A stretch of 64,000 bases of DNA. Source: a virus. Taxonomy: Duplodnaviria > Caudoviricetes. A program made the translations under genes and the position numbers. Position 1 is the stretch's first letter, and each line of letters begins with the position of its first letter. The DNA lies in the IMG/VR virus record IMGVR_UViG_3300043174_000028, positions 5,902 to 69,901 of that record; one strand, given 5' to 3'. The notes beneath the pieces are model-generated. The model made no database searches. It worked only from the letters and a program-made list of their open reading frames with translations, and was not told the DNA's origin. Positions 17,475-26,264 of this stretch are shown in pieces.

Positions 17475-17518
17475 GGGGGGATGGAACCAGCTTGGCTGGC
17501 TCTATCCCCCCTTTTTTT
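17475..17518 (+). terminator. Rho-independent terminator ending the + strand block
   Basis: ggggggatggaaccagc / gctggctctatcccccc stem followed by T7. Confidence 0.8.
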
Positions 17519-17640
17519 ATACCCGCGTTCTACGCGGCTTCTGAGACGCTAGGAGCCGTTCTAGCCCCTACCCGCTACCCCAGTACCACCCTGCCCCTCC
17601 CAGCGCCTCCTAGGGGCTGAGAGCCCACAGGGCGTAGGGG

Positions 17641-20600
17641 CTACTTACCTATCGTGAGAGGGTTCAGGACATTGGCCCATTGGTAGGCAGGGAACTGGAA
17701 TATGTCCGGAACCACCCCGAAGAAGGGTACGTTGAGCCTCTCCCCGGTCAGGCCACTGAAGGACATGAAGTTATCCCCAATGTCCGGAATACCCAGGTTG
17801 GTTAGGGACTGGAACAGCGCCATGCCAATGGTGGCTGTGGGCCTGTCGTGCAGGAGCTTGGCGTAGATACGCTGAGTCCTGAGCAGGAACTTGGAAAACA
17901 TGAACAACCCATAGTCATTGGCAGCCTGCAGGTAGGGATGCTGTGGCTCGTCGTAGTAGACGAAGGAATCCAACACATGGTTGAGGGCAGCTTCCCTGGG
18001 TTGCTTCTCCACCTCGGTCATGTGCTTGAACAGGATGAACCGACCCAGGAAGTCGCTGTAGATGTTGATGCCCATGACCCCGTTGAAGAGCTTGGTACCT
18101 GGGCGCATGAGCACTTCCTTGAAGGCGTTCTGACCTCCCGGGGGGATGAAGGACAGGGCTTCCTTGGACAGCATGGCAATGGGCTTCTTCTTCAGGGCTA
18201 CGTCCCTTGGTTCCACCTCGGCCACGATGCTGGTCAGAACACCCTTCTCGATCAGAACATTGACTGGATTGGCTCGCTGTTGCCGCAGCAGGAACTGTAT
18301 GCGGGCTTCCTCATCTTTCGTGATGGTTCTGGACATGGCCTTGGCATTCAGGTGAGCAAGCTCCTTCTCGACCCTGATGTGCTGGCGCATGGCCGAGATG
18401 CCGACCTTTAGGTTCTGCATGATGTAGGAAGGTGGTACGCCATTGGCCAGCAGCAGAGCAATGTTAGAGATGACATTGCCTATTACGACATTCGGTAGCA
18501 GCAGGATGGTGCTTTTGGCCATGGTGGCTACTTCCTGGATCACCAGGTCCGCCATGTAGATGACTGGGTAGGCATTACGGGGAATCTGGAAGGAGAACTT
18601 GCTCTTCCTGTTTTCCACATGCTTGATAACTGAACCAGTCAGGGTCCACTGCCGCTGACCCATGATGTAGCGGAACATCTCCTTGCGAACCCAGATCTCC
18701 TGAGCACCGAAGACCTTCTCGGCCTGTCTCTTGGCATCCTCGGGGAGCATGGCCCACATCTCCCGCATGGCTGCTTGTGGAGCGTCAGGCGCTACACGGA
18801 CAAAGACTCTCTGCTGCTTCCTGGGCTTGGCCAGGTTACGGGTGTAATCCTGGAACAGAACCTTGGTGGTTTCAGCATTGACCAGCTTGGTGTTGATGCG
18901 GTCCTGCACGGAAGCCAGCATCATGCCAATGTTGGTATTGGCCAGGTCTTCCCGCTTCAGCAGGGTGTCCTTGGTTTTCAGGGACATCATGTACCGCATG
19001 TCCACGATGCGTCCGTCCTTGGAGTAGACGGGAACCATCAGGGCTTCCGTGAAGGACGTAGGGTTGAAGAGCACCTGGTTCTGCATCAGAACCTTGCTTT
19101 CGATGTTGTTCAGGTATTCCTGCACGTTCTCCCTGGCTTCGATGTGAGGGTTGCTTCCTGGCTCATAATCGCCACGGGCAATGTCGAGGAAGCTCGTACC
19201 CTTGTGCTGTTCCGAGGTCAAGGAGTAGATGCCCTTGAGCCAGGAACCCATGTTGTACGGAGCCGTGTAGAGCATACGGCTCTTCGTGTTACTGGGGTCG
19301 TTGGGGTCTCGGGGAACCAACGCAGCAGGGAAGTAACCCAGTTCAGCCAGCTTCTTGCGGGTAGCTTCGTCGTTGTTGTCCACCACTACGGACATGTGCT
19401 GATCGAAGTTCTCCCGAGTCCAGCCCTTCATCATGTGGGATGGATTGTTATTGAAGCTTCTTTCCAGAGAATCTTCCACGAATCCACGGTGAAGCTGCAG
19501 CAATGCCACCATGCCATTCTCGTTAGGTCCCCTCTCCAGCTCCTCCATGAAGATCTTGTGGACCCTTTTCTTCTTGACTGGATCCGCCAGTTGGATGGCA
19601 TAAAGGGTGGCTAGCTCGTCAATGACACCCACCAGATCCTTCAGGGCTTCTTCGTCCTGCCTTTCATCCACGGGCAAGTGCTGCAGCTTGGCAATGTTGT
19701 GCGCGTTCATCTGCGGCAGCACATTGCCGTCCACGAACACGCCCCTGGACAGGTAGCTACCCAGTCCCATTGCCTGGTTCACTACGCTGATCCAGGCAGA
19801 AGGGGCATTCTCCTTGATTATGTCCAGACGGGAGTTGATCTCGGAACTCACCAGAATGTCGTTGTCCAGCAGGTCTGCCAGCTTCTCGACAGGTGCCTTG
19901 TCCAGCATGGACTGCATGTCCAGCCGCAGGACTATATCGTTGGTGGCTTTCCACTCGTCGTCATTGAGTTCCCGACCAAAGGACTTCTCGACGAACTCGG
20001 CATATTTGTCAGCCGTCTTCTTGCGGGCTACGTCAATGAGCTGGTGCGACCACCTAAACAGCTTACGGTAGGTGGAGACGGCATGTTGGGACATGCCGGT
20101 GATCTCCTTACCTACGGAATAGATGAATCCATCCTCGCCAACGAACTCTCGCACGCTCTTGCGGAGAATGTCGTTGTGCTGCTTGCGTACCTTGTTGGAA
20201 CGCAGCCTGACTACAATGTTGCCAAGGTTCTTTGGCAGGGACAGAAGGTGAGACTCTTCGCTTCTCTTGGCTTTGATCTCTTCCGGAGTCAGTCCTTCCA
20301 GTTCCTTCTCTCTTTTCTTGGCTTCATCCGAATAGTATTTATCAGCTTTCTTGAACATGTTGTCCACGAAAGCCTTGAACTTCACATCTCCTTGAGCAAT
20401 GGCTTTAGCTGCTCTCTTCTCCACCTGCCTGAACAAAGTTACCCGCTGGGCTTCGTTCACCGTAGCCAGGTCTTGGAACAGCTTGAGCAGAGACTCTCCT
20501 GCGTTCTTGCCCTTTAGCCGGACACGGCTATCCACCATCAGATCCACAGCACGGGAAAGGATGTTGCCCAGCAGCTTGATTGGATTGTTGGACCAGATCT

Positions 20601-23600
20601 TTTTCTTTTCCGGTATAGGCGTGTTCAGCAGGGCAGTCTTCAGTGCTTTGTTAGTCAAGCCAATGGCAGCAAACTCGTGAAGGTTCATGCCTTTTGGATT
20701 GTTGAAGATGTAGTCCCAGCGAGCCTGAGCTTTGTCCATGTCGGACTGGGTACGCTGACCGTCAGGACTGGGATTGAGCAGATCAACGGGTTGGACATTC
20801 TCCCGGGCTACGTTGTAGAGCTTCTCCACTTCCGTCCTGGCCCAGTGGTCGTTCTCCAGCACGAAATAGAACAGGGCATGGACATACTCGTGGACCGCAG
20901 TCTCCTGCAGGGACATTTCTACGGGAGAGGACGCATGGTTGCCTGCAACCTCCAGCAATACTGAATTGTCCTTGGAGTGGAAGGCACCCAGGTTCAGCGT
21001 ACCGGCAAGGTTGAACTGGACTGTCTGGGAGAATCCATCCGTATGCGCCAAGGCAGGGACGATGATGGTCTCCATGATCGAACGCAGATCCTCTGCGTGC
21101 TCTTCGTCTATCGCCACATTTTCGTGCTTAATCAGCTCCTCGAAAATGTTCATAGCATTGGCTGCAGTAACCCGATTTGAGTTCTTGGCCAGGAACTCTT
21201 GCAGCTTTGGCATGGTTCCCGAAGAACCAAGGGTTTCACCAGAACCAGAAGTTTCCGAGCTTGTTTCAGGTGCAGCCTTTGATGTTGTTTGGGTTGCAGC
21301 ATTTGGATTGGCAGTGAAGGCGCTGCCATTCAAGCCAGTAGAAAAGTGAGCAACTTGTCCAATCTCGTTGAACAAATACATCCTGTTAGCCATCACTTCT
21401 AACTGCAATCTGGTGTATCTAAAAGTATCTATTTCTTCCAACAGATCGATGAGTGCATTTGAGAAATCTTTTTCAGGGACATCTTCCAATTTCTCTAAAG
21501 CCTGACGAGCAAACTCATCACCTACTTCTTCCGTGAGAAATCCAGCAACCATGGCTATACGGGCTACCCTGTTACCCGCAGGAAACAGAGTGGTATTGTC
21601 CAGGCTTAGGTACACTCTGAGCTGATCCAGCCTTTTGATGTAACTGTCAATCACAGAGTCAATGAGGCTGTAGCTGCTATTTACCTTGTAGAGCAATTCG
21701 TTGAGCTTCTTGGCTATGCCTTCTACATGGTCAGTTCCATGTAGGAAAGCATCGTAGATTTGCAGCAGTTCCAGTTGAGCAAGGATGGCAGTCATGATGC
21801 TGCCGTCTATCGAGTGCACACCTTTACCCGTACCGCCTACGCCAACACCGCCCTTGTCTCCAGCTCCACCTACTGGTTTCACCCTCACTACTTGTACTTT
21901 ACCCTCCACCCTTTGCATAACGTGGCCTACTTCAGAAGGGTTAAGCACCATTCTGTTGTTAGGAACGCTTACTGAAGCTCTGCCGTTAGGCAAGGGCTCA
22001 CGCAGAGTTACTCGGGTAGTTCGCTGATCTGGCCGGTTAGCCATACCACTCAATAGCAGCTCTTGCATTGGACTATTGGTGGGAGTAGTCGGCGTGGGGA
22101 ATGAAGACAGCAGGCTTTTGCCAAACAGGAAGTCAAAGATTTCCTGTTCTTCTTTGCGAGTAGGCATTACTCCATTTTCATTTTTGAATTGCTCGACAGC
22201 TGCATCAAAGAACTTCTCACCAATTTTGTGCATTCTGTTGGTGAGTTCGGTAATGACGCTCTTGAGTTCCAGAAGTCCACCAAACTTCTTAACAATAGCT
22301 ACTCGCATTCCCAAGCCAATGGTTCTTTCCAGGGATCGCCGCATAACGCTATCCATCGACAGATTCCTATCGACAGTTACGATGTCTTCAGCGAACCAAT
22401 TACGTGCAAACTCAACCAGGGGAGTGTTGGAAACTCCTTCTTCAACTTTGGTTTTAAGAATCTTTTCTGCAGTCAAGTTTTCAAAGATTGCTTTTATTTT
22501 GTCCCGGTCAAACCCAGGCTGTGGAACATACTTGCGAGCAAGTGGTTCACCAGAAATATTTTTAATAACCCCAGTTGCAATAAGAGCGTTGTAGATACGC
22601 TCTGAACTGGGATTAACATCCCAACCAGCTCGGTAGTAACTCTTGATATGGTTGATGACATTCTCAGCAGCATTGTCATCACCTCTTTCTGCTAGAGCCA
22701 TCAGCTTCTCGTACCACATGGTCAAAGCTTTATCGCCCAAATTGCGAGCCAGGGCAGCCAAGCCAGCACCATAGATAGCTTGCATCAGAGGGTCTTTGAA
22801 CAACTCACGGATAGCTTTCAATACTCGTTGAGTTGTTGGATCCAGGATGGCAGGAATCATCCCATCCATTTTGTGAAAGTGGTTAAAGTGATAAATCATT
22901 TCACTAATCATTCTGGCTTTCTTTCTGTCAGATACGTCATCTCCGACAAAGTTATTAAGCTTCGCAGCAACAGCAACTAGAGTTTTCTGATCCGCTTCAT
23001 CTCTATCCTTTTCAGGCTTATCCAGAATCTTGGAAACTGTGCTGATGGAATCTGCAAGATCCTGGGTTACTTCCGTTGAATCTACAGCCAGTGCCTCATA
23101 GTTGTCCGTGTTGCCGGTATCTCGGAAATATTCACCTACGCTGCTATACCACTGGTCCTTGTAGAAGATGCCAGTGCCGTTGAGGATCTTCTTGATGTAT
23201 GCCGCAGTATCTTCTGGGGAAACCCCAGAACTAACCATAGGCATTTGCATGACGCTCAACGCCACCGCATTGGTCAGAGCGTCAGCTTCCGTAGGCAGAA
23301 TGAACTCAAAGTTGGCAGGCAGGCTATTGTCTGCTGCATAGGCAGCTTTGGCTTGCTGGTAATTGGCCCAGGTCTTCAAGCCAATAAGGCTATGCATCTT
23401 CTCCCCAAGCACCTTGGTTACTTTGGCTCGGTCCTCGTCAGTCCAAGGAGCCTTATTGTTCTCATCGAACAAGTGCAGCAGGCTGGCGTACTTGGGCGAG
23501 TACAGCTGTTCCAGGATGTGCTTGGCAAAGTTTGCATCCACCACATTCTTGTCAGCACCGCTCTGCACTGCACTCGGTTGATCCGGGAACAGGGGGGCTT

Positions 23601-26241
23601 TCAAGCCAAGAGCTGTGCTAATGGAAAATATGAACGGCAGGAACTCTGGTTTGGTTTCCAGGTCTGGATCAGTCAGATCCAAGCTGGAAGTCCAGGCAGT
23701 AGTTCCAACAAAGAACCGAATGATCTTGCTGGCTGCCGGGCTAAAGATTCCATCAATCATGTTTCGATTGTTACGCGCCATCATCTGACGCATGTACACC
23801 GTAGGAGATCCCGCAGTTATGTACGCGAACAGGGTCTTCAGATCGGTCAACAAAGTCAGATTGCGACCTTCCTGGGAGAGTTCGTCAGAAAGGTGAACCG
23901 ACCTTGGATCTTTCCAGCCAAACATCACAGCTATCTGCTGCATGTCTCCCATGCGCTTCAGCAGATCAACCATTCCATCAATGGCTCTGTAGGGAACAGT
24001 CTGCGCTTTTTGCTGCCCTTTGATCTGATCTGGAGTCAACTCCTGGGAAGTACCAGAGATCTTTGGATCTACCCTTTTAATGGGCTTGGTGTTGAACAGG
24101 TCCGCTTTGTTTTCAACACCAAATATCAATTCCAAAGTGGTACCGAGAACAGTGAAAGTATCGATGATCTTTTCAATGTTCTTGTGCGGACTCCAGTAGG
24201 AGTCCGTGTCTTCAGCAGTGATGTTGAACTTCTTGTTCCCTGCAGGGTACAAACGAATAAAACTGATTTCAGTATCAGTAACGGTTTCACCGTTCTTGTC
24301 CTGATATTGAGGATTTGCTGAGTTGTAGAGAAAAGGAATATCCGTGTACTCGTCGGAAGTAGGATCTTCCCTTCTGGCAGAAAACCATCTTTGACTGATT
24401 CTTTTTGGAACCAGCTCACCATTAACCACCATGGTTGGTTCTGCAAATATGCGCAGCTTCCAGGCAGTGCCCAGCGTAAGAAGAGCCAACGAGTTAACCA
24501 GATCTTGCTTGAAGTAACCGGACACTCCACCAAATTCATCCAGATTCAACGCTTGCTCGATGGAAGCACTCAGTTCTTTTATGACGGTGCTTCTGAGCAT
24601 CCCCATGTCTTGCAGAACTCGCGTTTCTTCCTCGGTAACGAACGATCTACCCATCAAGCTTTCAATGCTCTCTGAGTCGTTGTACATCAGCTTTCTGCCG
24701 TGCATACCCAGGAACTTGAACAGAGCCAAGGCCATTGCACCAATAACATTGGGCGGTAGCCGACCTGACTCTGCATCTCGCAGGTAGTGGTAAGGAGCTG
24801 TGTTGAGCTGCTGCTGAAGGTTGGCGTAGCTCTTACCTTCCCTTACGTGGATGGGACTGGTAGCTTCCGTTGGATCTCCATCCTGTGCAGGACGAATCTC
24901 CGGCATCACCTTGTCGTAGAGCATCCGTGAGAACTGCTCGGTGAAAACAGAGAACCGTTTCAGAGGTTCCTCGAAAGACACTTCCGTAGTCTTGAACAGA
25001 TCTTCAAGAAACTGTGGAACCCGGAAAGACTGAATGAATGAGGGGAAGAAGGAGAAGAATGTATCGTTCTTAGCCCGGGGGAATACTCCAGTCTCCAGAG
25101 AACCAACCTCAATATTGTCGTTACGGATTACATCCGCAGCTATGTTGGGGTCGTTGATTATCTGGTTCTCTACCATCTGCAGGAACAGAGTCAGGTCATT
25201 GTTGGCAATGAACATCTGCTCTCTGGTATTGGAACCAACATTGGTAAAGAACGTGATGTTCACGTCCAGAGCAGTCTTCTGCAGACTGGTGAGGCTTTGC
25301 AACTGTTCTTCCGGAGTCTGGTCGGAAAGAATCTCAAAGGTTTCCAGAGTACGCTTTTCCAGGATCTCCATTGCTTCCTGGCGCTGCTTCTCCACTTCCT
25401 CCAAGTTGAGATTTTTTGCGTTCTCAGAGTTCTTTATGTCGCTGACAGCCAAAGCTCTCAGCACATCCAACACGGTACCTACAGCCCAAGCTCCACCCTC
25501 AACTTTGAGAAATCCATTACTGCGAACCAAACCAACAAACTTGGCGTAACGGACATAGTGCGGATTGGTTAGGCGGTAATAGCGGTTGTACGCATAGTTC
25601 ATGCGTTCAGACAGGTCTTTCAGTTCAGCCAACTTAACAGGCTCTTTTTTCTCCAGCTTAGTAACCAGGGCTTCTAGCTCCTTCATGCGCCTGTCGGTCA
25701 TGTCACCGGATGCTGCCGACCAAATCCTGATCTCAGGATGCTGCTGCCTGAAGCTCTGCAGTACGTTGAGCTTGTCCCTGAACATCTTGGAATTGTCTTT
25801 AAGCTTGCGCTTAAAGACTTTCTCAACGCTACCACCAATGGCCTTCTTCAAAGCCTCCATAATGCTTTTGACATAGCCATCAATAAACGCTCTGCGATTG
25901 GCAGCGTTTTCATCTTTCTGAGCTTTAAGAGCAGCCTTTCTGCTATTGGCTTTGAAATGCTGCAAAACCTTTTCTGAATCGGACATGTTTCTTGCTTTGT
26001 TTGTGTCCTCTGCTGCTTTTGCAGCATTTGCTTTGTTCTGCTGTTTTTGTTCCAGCAATCCTTTGTAGTACGTATAGAACTTCTTGAAGTTATCTATGTT
26101 GTGCAACAACGAAAGATCTCCAGATGCCTCTGGATCAATTCCACTCTCATACAGCATCTCTTCTAAAGCATCCGGCGAATGCTTCTGCCGAATAGCCTCG
26201 ACCATTTTCTTCAAACTTTCGATGTCACAGCTAGTAGCCAT
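17641..26241 (-). CDS. Virion-encapsidated RNA polymerase (N4 gp50 polymerase and C-terminal domains), 2866 aa
   Basis: T7-family motif A EADALTN, motif B RELFKDPLMQAIYG, motif C VHSID...IYDA; zincin-like HEYVH; a single Cys (residue 5). Confidence 0.9.
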   Translation of the reverse strand: MATSCDIESLKKMVEAIRQKHSPDALEEMLYESGIDPEASGDLSLLHNIDNFKKFYTYYKGLLEQKQQNKANAAKAAEDTNKARNMSDSEKVLQHFKANSRKAALKAQKDENAANRRAFIDGYVKSIMEALKKAIGGSVEKVFKRKLKDNSKMFRDKLNVLQSFRQQHPEIRIWSAASGDMTDRRMKELEALVTKLEKKEPVKLAELKDLSERMNYAYNRYYRLTNPHYVRYAKFVGLVRSNGFLKVEGGAWAVGTVLDVLRALAVSDIKNSENAKNLNLEEVEKQRQEAMEILEKRTLETFEILSDQTPEEQLQSLTSLQKTALDVNITFFTNVGSNTREQMFIANNDLTLFLQMVENQIINDPNIAADVIRNDNIEVGSLETGVFPRAKNDTFFSFFPSFIQSFRVPQFLEDLFKTTEVSFEEPLKRFSVFTEQFSRMLYDKVMPEIRPAQDGDPTEATSPIHVREGKSYANLQQQLNTAPYHYLRDAESGRLPPNVIGAMALALFKFLGMHGRKLMYNDSESIESLMGRSFVTEEETRVLQDMGMLRSTVIKELSASIEQALNLDEFGGVSGYFKQDLVNSLALLTLGTAWKLRIFAEPTMVVNGELVPKRISQRWFSARREDPTSDEYTDIPFLYNSANPQYQDKNGETVTDTEISFIRLYPAGNKKFNITAEDTDSYWSPHKNIEKIIDTFTVLGTTLELIFGVENKADLFNTKPIKRVDPKISGTSQELTPDQIKGQQKAQTVPYRAIDGMVDLLKRMGDMQQIAVMFGWKDPRSVHLSDELSQEGRNLTLLTDLKTLFAYITAGSPTVYMRQMMARNNRNMIDGIFSPAASKIIRFFVGTTAWTSSLDLTDPDLETKPEFLPFIFSISTALGLKAPLFPDQPSAVQSGADKNVVDANFAKHILEQLYSPKYASLLHLFDENNKAPWTDEDRAKVTKVLGEKMHSLIGLKTWANYQQAKAAYAADNSLPANFEFILPTEADALTNAVALSVMQMPMVSSGVSPEDTAAYIKKILNGTGIFYKDQWYSSVGEYFRDTGNTDNYEALAVDSTEVTQDLADSISTVSKILDKPEKDRDEADQKTLVAVAAKLNNFVGDDVSDRKKARMISEMIYHFNHFHKMDGMIPAILDPTTQRVLKAIRELFKDPLMQAIYGAGLAALARNLGDKALTMWYEKLMALAERGDDNAAENVINHIKSYYRAGWDVNPSSERIYNALIATGVIKNISGEPLARKYVPQPGFDRDKIKAIFENLTAEKILKTKVEEGVSNTPLVEFARNWFAEDIVTVDRNLSMDSVMRRSLERTIGLGMRVAIVKKFGGLLELKSVITELTNRMHKIGEKFFDAAVEQFKNENGVMPTRKEEQEIFDFLFGKSLLSSFPTPTTPTNSPMQELLLSGMANRPDQRTTRVTLREPLPNGRASVSVPNNRMVLNPSEVGHVMQRVEGKVQVVRVKPVGGAGDKGGVGVGGTGKGVHSIDGSIMTAILAQLELLQIYDAFLHGTDHVEGIAKKLNELLYKVNSSYSLIDSVIDSYIKRLDQLRVYLSLDNTTLFPAGNRVARIAMVAGFLTEEVGDEFARQALEKLEDVPEKDFSNALIDLLEEIDTFRYTRLQLEVMANRMYLFNEIGQVAHFSTGLNGSAFTANPNAATQTTSKAAPETSSETSGSGETLGSSGTMPKLQEFLAKNSNRVTAANAMNIFEELIKHENVAIDEEHAEDLRSIMETIIVPALAHTDGFSQTVQFNLAGTLNLGAFHSKDNSVLLEVAGNHASSPVEMSLQETAVHEYVHALFYFVLENDHWARTEVEKLYNVARENVQPVDLLNPSPDGQRTQSDMDKAQARWDYIFNNPKGMNLHEFAAIGLTNKALKTALLNTPIPEKKKIWSNNPIKLLGNILSRAVDLMVDSRVRLKGKNAGESLLKLFQDLATVNEAQRVTLFRQVEKRAAKAIAQGDVKFKAFVDNMFKKADKYYSDEAKKREKELEGLTPEEIKAKRSEESHLLSLPKNLGNIVVRLRSNKVRKQHNDILRKSVREFVGEDGFIYSVGKEITGMSQHAVSTYRKLFRWSHQLIDVARKKTADKYAEFVEKSFGRELNDDEWKATNDIVLRLDMQSMLDKAPVEKLADLLDNDILVSSEINSRLDIIKENAPSAWISVVNQAMGLGSYLSRGVFVDGNVLPQMNAHNIAKLQHLPVDERQDEEALKDLVGVIDELATLYAIQLADPVKKKRVHKIFMEELERGPNENGMVALLQLHRGFVEDSLERSFNNNPSHMMKGWTRENFDQHMSVVVDNNDEATRKKLAELGYFPAALVPRDPNDPSNTKSRMLYTAPYNMGSWLKGIYSLTSEQHKGTSFLDIARGDYEPGSNPHIEARENVQEYLNNIESKVLMQNQVLFNPTSFTEALMVPVYSKDGRIVDMRYMMSLKTKDTLLKREDLANTNIGMMLASVQDRINTKLVNAETTKVLFQDYTRNLAKPRKQQRVFVRVAPDAPQAAMREMWAMLPEDAKRQAEKVFGAQEIWVRKEMFRYIMGQRQWTLTGSVIKHVENRKSKFSFQIPRNAYPVIYMADLVIQEVATMAKSTILLLPNVVIGNVISNIALLLANGVPPSYIMQNLKVGISAMRQHIRVEKELAHLNAKAMSRTITKDEEARIQFLLRQQRANPVNVLIEKGVLTSIVAEVEPRDVALKKKPIAMLSKEALSFIPPGGQNAFKEVLMRPGTKLFNGVMGINIYSDFLGRFILFKHMTEVEKQPREAALNHVLDSFVYYDEPQHPYLQAANDYGLFMFSKFLLRTQRIYAKLLHDRPTATIGMALFQSLTNLGIPDIGDNFMSFSGLTGERLNVPFFGVVPDIFQFPAYQWANVLNPLTIGK

Positions 26242-26264
26242 TACGGTAATTCCCTTCTAACGAG

